This document shows positions 28,084 to 37,590 of a stretch of DNA of 64,000 nucleotides, in pieces (the first letter of the stretch is position 1; each line of letters opens with the position of its first letter). Under the pieces are notes generated by a model. That model saw only the letters and a list, made by a program, of their open reading frames with translations, was not told the origin of the DNA and searched no databases. The stretch lies in the NCBI GenBank assembly GCA_963664395.2, contig OY761159.2:4704001-4768000 (forward strand). The letters run 5' to 3'. The DNA comes from Candidatus Binatia bacterium (GTDB lineage Bacteria > Desulfobacterota > Binatia > Bin18). Position numbers and translations under genes: made by a program.

Positions 28084-28512
28084 ATGGCCAAGCCCATTCG
28101 GCCTATGCGCGTCTCAGCCGGTCTCTTGACCCGCTCTACCCGGCTTCTTATTTGTCAGCGTCGAATAGGTGACCTGCACGCCCTGAAATGGGAATTTCCT
28201 GGAGGCAAAGTCAAAGCCAGCGAAGATGAGGCGGACTGTCTGCGGCGTGAGTTAGAAGAAGAGTTGGGGATTCAGGCCACAGTGAGAGAAGAGCTCCACC
28301 GTACCGCGTATACCTACCCGAATGGCCGGAGTGTGGCGCTGACCTTTTTCCATGTTCCCGCCTACCACGGCACTCTGGTCAACAAGGTGTTTGAGACCCT
28401 GGCCTGGGTGGAGCCGCCGCAGCTCGGTCAATACGACTTTCTTGAGGGTGATGTTGCCTTTGTCACCAACCTCGCGCGGGGTCAGTGGGGCCATATTTTC
28501 TCCACCGGCTGA
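28084..28512 (+). CDS. NUDIX hydrolase, MutT/NudG-like
   Basis: WEFPGGKV...E....CLRRELEEELG Nudix box. Confidence 0.9.
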   Translation: MAKPIRPMRVSAGLLTRSTRLLICQRRIGDLHALKWEFPGGKVKASEDEADCLRRELEEELGIQATVREELHRTAYTYPNGRSVALTFFHVPAYHGTLVNKVFETLAWVEPPQLGQYDFLEGDVAFVTNLARGQWGHIFSTG

Positions 28513-28549
28513 GACGCCGTATTGCACCATCTCGGCACAGCCCCCCGTC

Positions 28550-29596
28550 TCACACCTTGAACCGAAAATGGACGACATCGCCATCCTGCATGGCGTACTC
28601 TTTGCCTTCGAGCCGCATTTTTCCGGCGTCCCGACAGCCGGCCTCTCCGCCGTGTTCAATATAGGCATCGTAGGCGATGACCTCAGCCCGAATAAAGCCC
28701 CGTTCGATATCCGAGTGGATTTTTCCAGCGGCTCTGAGCGCGGGCAGGCCACGTTCTATCGTCCAGGCCCGGGCTTCCATAGGACCGGCAGTAAAAAAGC
28801 TCATCAGATTCAGCATACGATACGCATACTGGATGAACCGGTCCCGTGCGGATTCCGTAACACCCAGGTCGGCCAGGAAGAGGCCCCGTTCGTCTTCTTC
28901 CAGTTCTGCGATTTCCATCTCCACCTTGCCACAGATAGGCACAACGGTGAGCCCCTGTTCCTCAATGTAAGCCGCGACTTCCTGCGGCACTACGGCGAGC
29001 ATCTCATCTTCTTCCCGGTTGTAGACAATCAGCAGAGGTTTTTGACTCAGAAAGGCAAAACCCGACAGGAGCATTTCTTCTTCAGGCAGGAATGCCTCGT
29101 TCCGCAAAGGTTGCTCTGCTTCCAGCACGGCCTGGCATTTCTCCAGCAACTCCTGTTCGCGCTCCTTGCCCTTTTCCTTGCGCAGGCGTTCCAGGCGTTT
29201 CTCGATCACCTCCATGTCGGCCAAGATCAATTCGGACTGAAAGTCACGTAAATCTCGGAGAGGATCAGTCGGTACAGTCGCCATGGGGTCGTCAAACCCG
29301 CGGACCACTTGCGTCAAAGCTTCGACTTCGCGCATCTGAGTCAGTGAACGGGTATCAAGCGCGGCCTTACGTTCTGCTGAAGGCGGAAAGTCGAGAAACG
29401 TCACTTCCGCATATTTTTTCCGGTCCGGCTGAACGATCTCGGCCAGGGCATCAACCCGCGAGTCAGGAACTTTGACCACAGCAATCGCAGCGTCGCGTTT
29501 GGTTTCAAAGCTGCCGACCTCGGCGCTCATGCCGGTCAGGGCGTTAAAGATGGTTGTTTTTCCCGAACGAGCAAATCCAACTAAGCCTACTTTCAT
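28550..29596 (-). CDS. ychF: YchF-family Obg-like ATPase (DUF933 C-terminus)
   Basis: G..SGKTTIFNALT, VPD.RVD.L, FFT.G..E.RAWTI, AGKIHSDIERGFIRAEV, EGKEY..QDGD. Confidence 0.85.
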   Translation of the reverse strand: MKVGLVGFARSGKTTIFNALTGMSAEVGSFETKRDAAIAVVKVPDSRVDALAEIVQPDRKKYAEVTFLDFPPSAERKAALDTRSLTQMREVEALTQVVRGFDDPMATVPTDPLRDLRDFQSELILADMEVIEKRLERLRKEKGKEREQELLEKCQAVLEAEQPLRNEAFLPEEEMLLSGFAFLSQKPLLIVYNREEDEMLAVVPQEVAAYIEEQGLTVVPICGKVEMEIAELEEDERGLFLADLGVTESARDRFIQYAYRMLNLMSFFTAGPMEARAWTIERGLPALRAAGKIHSDIERGFIRAEVIAYDAYIEHGGEAGCRDAGKMRLEGKEYAMQDGDVVHFRFKV

Positions 29597-29646
29597 AGGC
29601 CGGAGTCTAGCAGGTTAGGCACAATCGATCATCCGGCCCGGCAGCG

Positions 29647-30729
29647 CTAGCGACGAAATTCTTGAATGGACGTGGCTGGCCGACCGTCTTTGAGGGCAAT
29701 CTGGCGGGTGACGGAGCGAGTCATGGCGCCGAACGTCGGTATCCAACATGAGTGGCGACCCGGACCACCGACGACGATAATCATGAGCCGTTCCGGCTTG
29801 CGAATCAGCGGGATTGCGTCTTCGTCAGAAAAGGCATCATCCGGGGTAAACCCCATACCGATCATGCCACCCGCCTCCCATTGTGCGCGAGGCACGCGGG
29901 CGTGCTCAAAGACATAGGCGCGAATGTCGTCCTTTGAGATTCCGTCTCGGGCAAGAACCTCAGCGTGCTCCGGTCCAAGCGCGAGAATCGGTTCACCAAA
30001 CGCGTAGGCATTGTTCGACCCCATACCAGCCATGGTGCTGGCAATGGTCGTCAGAATCCCAGGCGCGGCACTACTGATATGGTCGTTGATATTATGCGGC
30101 CCTTCCGCTCCACACACCGTGACCGTGCTGGTCTCGGCTGTAAAGCCGCGTTCGACATGCAGCGGTCCCCAGGGATTTTCCTCCTCGTTTTCGGCAACGC
30201 AATAGCTGTACTTTGAGGGTTGACCCTGGGTTGAGCGGTCCAGCATGCCCGGCGTTCCCCCGCCGATATTCAGCAAGGCTAAACGAATCGCGCGGCCGAT
30301 TGTGGCGTTTGGCCGCCAGCCTTGGCCAAAGGCGTTGTAGCGCGAGTTGACGCCGATCTCAGCCGCAATCGGGCCGTTGAGAATCAGCAGCGGCGCGCAG
30401 GGGTGGGTTGTGCTCTGGACCCCGTACAGATTGAACGGTCCTTCAAGCAGCGCCTCGACCGCGGCAATAATGACCGGGAAGTATTCGGGCACACAGCCGG
30501 CCATGACCGCGTTCACGGCTAATTTTTCAAGTGTAGCAATGCCGTACTTTGGCGGTATCGGTCCCAGTTCGTCTTGGGGAGCGCGGTCGGTCCAGGCCAG
30601 CATCTTTTCCACCCGCTCTGGTATGGGTGGAATAATCGGCAAGCCATCCGTCCAGCCTTGGTCGTAAAACCAGTCGTTGACGGTTTCGATAGAATCGTCC
30701 AGGGAGATTTTGTCTGATTGGAAATCCAT
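29647..30729 (-). CDS. Conserved UGSC-associated hypothetical protein
   Basis: GWTDGLPIIPP, NAVMAGC.PEYFP, NATIGRA..L, AENEE..PW.PLH..RG. Confidence 0.85.
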   Translation of the reverse strand: MDFQSDKISLDDSIETVNDWFYDQGWTDGLPIIPPIPERVEKMLAWTDRAPQDELGPIPPKYGIATLEKLAVNAVMAGCVPEYFPVIIAAVEALLEGPFNLYGVQSTTHPCAPLLILNGPIAAEIGVNSRYNAFGQGWRPNATIGRAIRLALLNIGGGTPGMLDRSTQGQPSKYSYCVAENEEENPWGPLHVERGFTAETSTVTVCGAEGPHNINDHISSAAPGILTTIASTMAGMGSNNAYAFGEPILALGPEHAEVLARDGISKDDIRAYVFEHARVPRAQWEAGGMIGMGFTPDDAFSDEDAIPLIRKPERLMIIVVGGPGRHSCWIPTFGAMTRSVTRQIALKDGRPATSIQEFRR

Positions 30730-30741
30730 TACGCTACTACT

Positions 30742-30779
30742 CCCTCTCCCCTCAGGGGAGAGGGCTGGGGTGAGGGGGC
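30742..30779. repeat. REP-like GC-rich palindrome
   Basis: ccctctcccc-tca-ggggagaggg followed by ctggggtgagggg. Confidence 0.55.
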
Positions 30780-30782
30780 TGA

Positions 30783-31388
30783 TTACGCCGACACCCGCTC
30801 GATCTTTTTCTCCATCGGCTTGAGAAATCGGTCCCGATAGGCGGCGGCCAACTGCTCCGCGGGCTGGGTCAAAATGGCTAGAATTTCATCCACTACCGCC
30901 GCGGCCTTGGCTTGCACTATCTGCGGCGTATTGCCGGCCAGGGGATGGGGAATCGCGGCAATGGGCACACCGCCCATACCCAAGGTGCGGGACTCGGCCC
31001 GGCCGAGCGGCGCAAACTCGTCGCTGCAAATGATGGCGGTCGGAATGCCCTGCTTTTCAAATTCAATGGTGTCGTGGAGACCCCACGACGTGCACGAGCC
31101 TCAATCGCCTATGGCTTCGACAATCACGTCACAGCTTGACAGGCGTGCCCTCACCTCTTGGGGTACGCCGAGTGAAGCATTCTTCTCCCCCTTGATAACC
31201 CTAAAATCTCCGCAGCGTTCGTGCAGCAGCGCTTCCACCTGTTCGAGCAGCAGGCCCGCATTTGCCTTGCGGTTATTCAGAAAGCCGATTGTTTTTCCGT
31301 GCAGGCTACCCTCTCGTCGGGCAAGCGAAAACTCACCGGCTTGCGATTCTCCAATCGGACTGAGGACTTCAATCTGTCCCATACGCAC
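30783..31388 (-). CDS. UGSC-family selenoprotein (in-frame UGA at 31101-31103 read as Sec)
   Basis: ...EAIGD-TGA-GSCTSWGLHDTIEFEKQGIPT... continues in frame into ORF 30783-30983 (PHPLAG); UxxC motif. Confidence 0.9.
31071..31089 (-). promoter_or_regulatory. Candidate SECIS hairpin
   Basis: GTCGTGG-GGTCT-CCACGAC starts exactly 11 nt after the UGA. Confidence 0.7.
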
Positions 31389-31484
31389 CTCCCTTGCCCT
31401 TCGCTATATAGTCCAACCCTCTTGCCCGTGCAATGGAACGCCGGTTACAGTTTCCGCCACCAAGAATGAAGTGGATGAATCCTT

Positions 31485-32090
31485 ATGGCGAATGTCAAAA
31501 TCCCGGTGTATTACGATTATGCCTCTTCCCTCAGCTATATTGCCAAGCGGGTGATGGAACAGATCGACGGTCAGCTCGCAATCGATCTGTTGTGGAAAGG
31601 CGTCCACATCGCCCGCCGACACAAGGGCTGGAAAAATGGGGAAGTGATTGGAGATGACGCCAAAGGCAAGATTGTTCGTATCTCGCGCGAAACCGGCGTC
31701 CCGCTGCGCATCCCGGCAAAATGGCTGGACTCGACCTACGCCTTAGAAGCTGCCGAATTCGCCAAAGACCGCAAGCTGTTTGCCGCCTATCACGAAGCGG
31801 TTTTTGCGGCCGCGTTTGAGGCAGAGCAGGATATTGGCGACCTGTTTACCGTGCTTGGAGTGGCCGAACAGGTTGGCTTACCCGTAGCGGCATTAGAGCA
31901 GTCCTTACAGTCCGGGGAGCTGACCAAGCGGGTCCAAGAGACCGAGCAAGAGGCCGCCACTTTTGGCGTGGTCGGCTACCCCACCTTTATGCTCGGCGAG
32001 TTCCCGCTCATCGGCATTCAGCCCGCGGAAACCATGCGGCTGCTTATCCAGCGATATGTTGATAAAGCGCGCGAGCAGGTGGGGCATTAG
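31485..32090 (+). CDS. DsbA/FrnE/kappa-GST-like thioredoxin-fold protein lacking CxxC
   Basis: [10 protein letters not shown] at the CPWC position; GVVGYPTF cis-Pro motif; G.QP. Confidence 0.8.
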   Translation: MANVKIPVYYDYASSLSYIAKRVMEQIDGQLAIDLLWKGVHIARRHKGWKNGEVIGDDAKGKIVRISRETGVPLRIPAKWLDSTYALEAAEFAKDRKLFAAYHEAVFAAAFEAEQDIGDLFTVLGVAEQVGLPVAALEQSLQSGELTKRVQETEQEAATFGVVGYPTFMLGEFPLIGIQPAETMRLLIQRYVDKAREQVGH

Positions 32091-32137
32091 GCTAGGCCGT
32101 CCGTCCCTGGAGCGGTATAAAAGGATAAGAGAACGCT

Positions 32138-32377
32138 ATGAATTATCAGGATCGGATTATCCGGGACCCACGAGTCTGTGGCGGCGAGCCTGTCATCAAA
32201 GAGACACGAGTAACGCTCCGTACGGTGTTATCGAGCTTAGCCGAGGGGGCAAGCATCGCAGAAATCCTGGCCGATTTTCCCTCACTCACAGAAGAAGACG
32301 TTCGCGCGGCAATCGCTTTTGCCGCCGCTTCTGCCCACGAAGACCTTCCCGTACCTGGCGTTCCAGATAATCTGTGA
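32138..32377 (+). CDS. DUF433 family antitoxin
   Basis: RI..DP.VCGGEPVI..TRV...VL..LAEG....ILADFPSLT.EDVRAA. Confidence 0.92.
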   Translation: MNYQDRIIRDPRVCGGEPVIKETRVTLRTVLSSLAEGASIAEILADFPSLTEEDVRAAIAFAAASAHEDLPVPGVPDNL

Positions 32378-32439
32378 AGATTATGCTTGCTCTGTTCGAG
32401 TCCAGGGCTGACCTGAATCGCGGCGACCACAAGCAATAA
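32374..32439 (+). pseudogene. Possible truncated DUF5615 PIN toxin remnant
   Basis: GTGA overlap with the DUF433 stop; begins MKIML, then stops after 21 codons. Confidence 0.35.
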
Positions 32440-32468
32440 AGCTCGATCCCTGATTAGGAAGTATTGAA

Positions 32469-33896
32469 ATGAAAAAAGAAGAAATCCCAGGCGTGGGTGC
32501 TGGCGTTAGTGGAAGTGCCGAAAACTACGCCGATAACGTCATTTTAAGAGCCGAGCGTGGACATGGTTTTGCTGCGGAGAGAGCGAATCACTTAAAAGAT
32601 ACTCTGACAGGAAAAGATGCAAAGATTATTGGAGGCGATAATACAAAGAATGGCGCAGACCGTCTCGTTGATGGTGTGAACATCCAGACCAAATACTGCA
32701 AAACCGGCTCCAATTGTATAAGCGAATGTTTTGAGAACAACACGTTCCGGTATTTGAACTCAGACGGGACGCCAATGCAAATCGAAGTCCCATCTGACAA
32801 GTACGATTCTGCCATACAGGCAATGGAAAATAGAATCAGAAACGGACAAATACCTGGTGTTTCTGATCCAGGAAAGGCCAAGGGAATTGTAAGAAGAGGC
32901 GCTTTCACTTACGAGCAGGTTAGAAACATTGCAAGGTTCGGTACCGTTCAAAGCCTTACTTATGATGCCGTCAACGGTATCAAACTCGCAGGGACGTCCA
33001 TGGGTATATCCGCAGCGTTGTCTTTTGCTGTCGCCGTTTGGAACGGAGAAGATTGGGAAAAAGCCCTGCAAGGAGCATGTCATACCGGCCTGAAAGTAGG
33101 AGGTATAGCTTGGGTGAGCAGTGTTATAGCGGCCCAGCTAGGAAGAACTGGCGTTGAGCAAAGTCTGCGTGGCACGACAGATTGGGTTGTTAAGGGGATG
33201 GGTACCAAAGCAGCTTCTTGGTTAGCAAACGGATTGCGGTCAGGAAACTCAATTTATGGTGCAGCGGCGGTGAACAACGTCAGCAAATTACTTCGAGGAA
33301 ACATTGTCACTGGAATAGCGACAACGTTGGTCGTCTCATCTGCTGATTTTGTCCGTCTATTCAGAGGGAGAGTATCTGGTGTTCAAGTGTTCAAGAACGT
33401 TGCAACCACAGCCTCAAGCGTTGCAGGTGGGACTGTTGGTTGGGTGGCTGGTGCAGCAGCAGGAGCAGCACTCGGCTCAGCAGTTCCCGTTGTCGGCACT
33501 GCTATTGGAGGAATTGCAGGAGGAATAATTGGAGCTTTTACCGGCGGAACTGTTGCGTCAAAGGCTGCGGAGACTATTCTGGATGAATTTATAGAAGACG
33601 ACGCCAAGGAAATGTTGACTATAGTAGAAAAATATTTTGGCGAACTAGCGACAGACTATTTACTCAATAAGGACGACGCGAAAAAGGTAATCCAGGACTT
33701 TCAGAAAAAAGACCTACCCGATACGCTACGAGACATGTACGCATCCAACAATCGAAAGGATTTCGCAAGACGTTTGTTAGAGCCTCTGATGGAAAAGCAA
33801 GCAAAAAAAAGAAAACCCATACAGCTTCCTTCAGACAAAGAAATTCTACAGAAAACGGGACAAATAATAGAAGAGATGATCCCGGCTGCAAGCTAA
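32469..33896 (+). CDS. YeeR-like membrane protein with glycine-zipper helices
   Basis: GHGFAAERANHL, KNGADRLVDG..IQTKYC, GAALGS.VP.VGT.IGG; low GC. Confidence 0.7.
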   Translation: MKKEEIPGVGAGVSGSAENYADNVILRAERGHGFAAERANHLKDTLTGKDAKIIGGDNTKNGADRLVDGVNIQTKYCKTGSNCISECFENNTFRYLNSDGTPMQIEVPSDKYDSAIQAMENRIRNGQIPGVSDPGKAKGIVRRGAFTYEQVRNIARFGTVQSLTYDAVNGIKLAGTSMGISAALSFAVAVWNGEDWEKALQGACHTGLKVGGIAWVSSVIAAQLGRTGVEQSLRGTTDWVVKGMGTKAASWLANGLRSGNSIYGAAAVNNVSKLLRGNIVTGIATTLVVSSADFVRLFRGRVSGVQVFKNVATTASSVAGGTVGWVAGAAAGAALGSAVPVVGTAIGGIAGGIIGAFTGGTVASKAAETILDEFIEDDAKEMLTIVEKYFGELATDYLLNKDDAKKVIQDFQKKDLPDTLRDMYASNNRKDFARRLLEPLMEKQAKKRKPIQLPSDKEILQKTGQIIEEMIPAAS

Positions 33897-33913
33897 CGAG
33901 AGCAATCACGAAC

Positions 33914-34849
33914 GTGAACATCGAATGGACTGGAAAGAAATGTATACTTTGCCTAAAAGAGGTTCCTCTATCCCGGGAACATCTTATTCCAAAGGCGCTA
34001 GATGGAATACTCACCTGTTCGTTCCTCTGTAAAGAATGCAATTCGAATCTCGGCGCTCGGGTCGATGCAGAAGTCAAAAAAGATCCGCGAATCCGGTTCG
34101 CTGTAGACCATCTTGAATCCGATATACCGAATTTCGCTTCTAAATTCAGGGAAGGACAAAAATACCTCCTTTACGGTCGGGGTTTGAGCGAATGGGGAAA
34201 GATTCGCAAAGGAGAATTACGAGTCACTCCACGGGAAACGGAAGGTGGTGCCCTGATTCAATCGCCCGATGAGAGCTATAAGTCGAATGAGAAGATTCTA
34301 CGGAAAAGTGGTATTAGCGAAGATGCTATTCAAGAAGGATTAAGGTGCCTTTATGAAGCCGGAGAAAACGAGATAGTAGAACTGGCTCCAGGCAGAGTAG
34401 CGGTCAAACGGAGAGTGGGACAGGTCGAACCCGATCTCCGCGGCAGCAAGCTGTTGACCCCACTGTTTCCACTCAAAATTGGATATGAATTCCTTGCACT
34501 TCACCTATATCATGTAATCTACGATCAAAATCCAGCATTGAACGGGGTACGAACTGCATTAAGAGAGAAAGTCGAAGACCATCCGTCCTTTAAAGTGGAA
34601 CCACTAAACGCGTCAGAATACAGACCGTTCCATGGGATTGGCTTCGTGGGAAACAGCCCTCACGCTACCGTCTTGATAAGACTGTTTGGCTGGCTGGCAT
34701 TCCGCGTCCATTTCCTGCGGCTGACAGTAGACGGCCCTCGCCTCAGCTATAAACATGATCTGGACACTAATCAGGACGAGATGCTGGTTAACTGGCAGGC
34801 ACGTCTTGATAAAGCAGGCACCCCGACCGCCGAGATAGACAACACATGA
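33914..34849 (+). CDS. HNH endonuclease domain protein
   Basis: CILC.....S.EHLIP..L.G......LC..CNS.LG; low GC. Confidence 0.8.
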   Translation: MNIEWTGKKCILCLKEVPLSREHLIPKALDGILTCSFLCKECNSNLGARVDAEVKKDPRIRFAVDHLESDIPNFASKFREGQKYLLYGRGLSEWGKIRKGELRVTPRETEGGALIQSPDESYKSNEKILRKSGISEDAIQEGLRCLYEAGENEIVELAPGRVAVKRRVGQVEPDLRGSKLLTPLFPLKIGYEFLALHLYHVIYDQNPALNGVRTALREKVEDHPSFKVEPLNASEYRPFHGIGFVGNSPHATVLIRLFGWLAFRVHFLRLTVDGPRLSYKHDLDTNQDEMLVNWQARLDKAGTPTAEIDNT

Positions 34850-35130
34850 CCAGGATTCAGAGAATCCGACAAAAAATTCTTGATCGTACCTACTACCTTT
34901 CTTCCCATGCGGAAGCCGAGATGTTGGATGACAGATTAGAGCGAAGAGATATTGAGAACGCGATACTCAAGGGACGGATTCAGAGAAAACTATCGGAGGA
35001 TATCCGGGGGGTCCGATATCGGATAGAAGGACCGACAGAAGATGGGCGGTTGATTCACGTCATATGTCGCTTTCAGGAGACTGCGTTCCTCATCATCGTT
35101 ACTGCCTATGCCCTGATGGAGGAGTTATGA
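34846..35130 (+). CDS. DUF4258 family protein (putative toxin)
   Basis: YYLS.HA..EM..D.L...DIE.AIL.G, Y.IEG.T.DGR.IHV.C, IVTAY. Confidence 0.85.
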   Translation: MTRIQRIRQKILDRTYYLSSHAEAEMLDDRLERRDIENAILKGRIQRKLSEDIRGVRYRIEGPTEDGRLIHVICRFQETAFLIIVTAYALMEEL

Positions 35131-35348
35131 TTTGCGAGTTCTGTAAAGGAAAGTCAAGAAAGAAGAAAGTCAAGCGTCAACATTGGCTCCGAGGAAAACT
35201 CTATATTGTCGAAAATGTTCCCGCAGAGGTCTGTTCGGAGTGTGGAGAGCGTTATTTTCTTGCGGCGACTCTTGACGAGATTGACCAACATATTTCAGCC
35301 GAACACAAGGTCAAAGAACACCTTCATGTCGAGGTTGTCAGCTTGTAG
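35127..35348 (+). CDS. YgiT-type zinc-finger protein (putative antitoxin)
   Basis: MICEFCKG...IVENVPAEVC.ECGE.Y; ATGA-coupled to DUF4258. Confidence 0.88.
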   Translation: MICEFCKGKSRKKKVKRQHWLRGKLYIVENVPAEVCSECGERYFLAATLDEIDQHISAEHKVKEHLHVEVVSL

Positions 35349-35354
35349 GAATCT

Positions 35355-35398
35355 GCCGATAGAGGGGCGGCTTCGGCCTCGTCTCTCGGCTTTTGTTT
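35355..35398 (+). terminator. Putative intrinsic terminator
   Basis: gccga...tcggc stem with a TTCG loop followed by TTTTGTTT. Confidence 0.55.
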
Positions 35399-35426
35399 CT
35401 TTATCAGTAAGGATTGGAGCCTTCAG

Positions 35427-36206
35427 TCAGAACTGAACCGAAAACCCTTCGCGTTCGTCGTTCTCTTTATCAATCACGGAAGTGCGGGCGGAAGAATATT
35501 TTCCGGCTGGATAGTACAGAAAGCCAGACGCACTTTGGCCGGGCTCGATAGTCATATCCTGGAGAGAACTCCCCCCACCCGGTGTGGAGACCGGGGCAAC
35601 CCGCCCGCCACTGTCAGGCACCAGAAAAATCTTGCTGGCCTCAATAGCGTAGGGGCGTGGCGTATTGTTCTGAATCGTCACCCGCACGGGAAGAATTCCA
35701 CTGGCCTGCGTATCAGTTCCAAGGGCGTTTTGAGCTTCAAAATTATTGAGCGGCACAATCGTGAGTTGGAGAGTCCCCGTTTCGGGGTTGTCGGCCATAT
35801 AGGCTGCGCGCCGTTGGACCATCTGATACGACATGGGAAAGCTATTCACAAAATGGTGCGGTCGCTCGGCCGCACCAATCAGCGACGGGACCTGTACGGA
35901 ATTCCGGGCATCAATGCTGGCACTACTCTCTGTGCATGAGATGGTGACAATACCATTGGTCGCATTCTCCTTCGTGGCAGAGATGCGGCCAGCCTGCCCT
36001 GGTCTTGCCAGTGAGTATTCAGCAATAGTATAGCCCATAGCCTGGATTGTTTTGTAGACAAGCCGGTTCGCTTCTTCGCATGAAGTTGCCGTCAGCTTGG
36101 GCTTTTCCCGCACCACCCGCGGCGGCGTCTTTGGGGCTGCACAACTGACGATAAAAAACGAGAGAGCACCCAAGGTCAGGTGACCCAGGCGAACGGGCAT
36201 CTTCAT
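35427..36206 (-). CDS. Hypothetical lipoprotein
   Basis: MKMPVRLGHLTLGALSFFIVS-C lipobox-like signal; C-terminal Ig-like I.PGQS.SGFLYYP. Confidence 0.7.
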   Translation of the reverse strand: MKMPVRLGHLTLGALSFFIVSCAAPKTPPRVVREKPKLTATSCEEANRLVYKTIQAMGYTIAEYSLARPGQAGRISATKENATNGIVTISCTESSASIDARNSVQVPSLIGAAERPHHFVNSFPMSYQMVQRRAAYMADNPETGTLQLTIVPLNNFEAQNALGTDTQASGILPVRVTIQNNTPRPYAIEASKIFLVPDSGGRVAPVSTPGGGSSLQDMTIEPGQSASGFLYYPAGKYSSARTSVIDKENDEREGFSVQF

Positions 36207-36381
36207 TGGCTTTGCTCCTTGCAGGCTTTCCTGTATGACGGGCATCCTACCATAGCTTATGGGGAGAGCGACACAGACCAGCGTCCCTCTGGCCGCCCTT
36301 CCGACCCGGAAGAAAAATATATACACTTCTCGCCCGTCACTCACCGCTCACAACAAAACGCATCTTTCGGAGGACAGACCT

Positions 36382-37170
36382 GTGGAATTCAAGGAAGTTG
36401 TTGGTCGCAGACGCTCGATTCGTTATTTTCTCCCGTGGCGTCCAGTCGAACGGGACAAGGTCCAGACTATTCTTGAAGCGGCTCGATTGGCGAGCCGAGC
36501 CGGAAATGCCGACTTTGCCCGGGCCGTTGTTGTCGAGCGGGACGGGCTGTCGAAAGCTGACCTTGAGGCGCTGACGCTTCCGGTGAATGCCGGCATGATC
36601 GAAATGGCACCCATCCACATCTACTGGTGGGGCGACCTCAAAGCGTTTGCCCGCGATATGCCCTCCCGCGCTACACAGCAGGTAGACCAGGGCATCCTCA
36701 ATATCAGCCATGGCTGGACACACACCTTCATCAACGAAGTCGCCTACCCCCAGGTCGTCCAGGCGTTTAGTTCTGACGCTGTCCTGTGCGCCAAGGTGAC
36801 CGGCTGTGAATCGGGTCTGGCCATCTCGCAGGCATTACTCGCCGCTGTCGATGAAGGGCTCGGGACCATGCTATGTACCTATCCTGAAGAACCGGCCCGC
36901 CAGGTTCTTGGTGTTCCGGATTCCTGGACATCATTGTGGGTCCAGTTTGTTGGCTACCCGGCAGAGAGCTGGGAAGCCGGCGGCCAACGCCCCCGTCCCC
37001 CGCTGGGTGAATTATTCCATGAAGGCAAATATGGACAACCGTTCCGGGGAACAGAGGAGGGAGCGGCACGGCTCCGCGCCGAGAAAATGATTCAGGACCC
37101 AGCGCCCTTCTCATGGCGGAAAGAGGAAGTCCGGGCGGTGAGCCGTATGCTGGGCTTGCCGGAAGAATAG
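36382..37170 (+). CDS. Nitroreductase family protein (paralog 1)
   Basis: EVVGRRRSIRYF, LAAVDEGLGT, VGYPAE; GGAGGA RBS before GTG. Confidence 0.88.
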   Translation: MEFKEVVGRRRSIRYFLPWRPVERDKVQTILEAARLASRAGNADFARAVVVERDGLSKADLEALTLPVNAGMIEMAPIHIYWWGDLKAFARDMPSRATQQVDQGILNISHGWTHTFINEVAYPQVVQAFSSDAVLCAKVTGCESGLAISQALLAAVDEGLGTMLCTYPEEPARQVLGVPDSWTSLWVQFVGYPAESWEAGGQRPRPPLGELFHEGKYGQPFRGTEEGAARLRAEKMIQDPAPFSWRKEEVRAVSRMLGLPEE

Positions 37171-37207
37171 TAAGGAAACTCAACCCTCTAGGAAGATACC
37201 GCACACC

Positions 37208-37564
37208 ATGACGACAGATAGGGCGACAGCTATAGAGAATACAAAAACGGTTCAGACTTGGCTGAAAGGATTGGAAGACCAGTCCGGCGTGTCCCGCGAC
37301 GAGGGATTGCAGCGCGTGGCGGTCTTAAGCGATTTCTGTACCCTCGTCGAGAAAGCGCCCGATCAGATCATTGCCGAGTGCTTGCGTGAGGTTGAGGGCG
37401 GGAAAAAAATTCGAGCCAAGGGACGGCGATTTTACGCGGATAGGATCACCGAGTTTGAATCCAACATCGAAGGCGGCGCAGGCGAAAAGCGACAAAGGGG
37501 TAATTATATCCGAAGCTTTCTGATCCATAACGGCGTCCTGTTACAAACGAGCCCCCTGTCATAA
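37208..37564 (+). CDS. Small helical hypothetical protein (paralog 1)
   Basis: Shares VQxW, LxDFC, KxPD..I.E and N..RSF.IHNG with 38457-38783. Confidence 0.85.
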   Translation: MTTDRATAIENTKTVQTWLKGLEDQSGVSRDEGLQRVAVLSDFCTLVEKAPDQIIAECLREVEGGKKIRAKGRRFYADRITEFESNIEGGAGEKRQRGNYIRSFLIHNGVLLQTSPLS

Positions 37565-37590
37565 ACTGGCCCACTAAAAAGGAGGAGACG

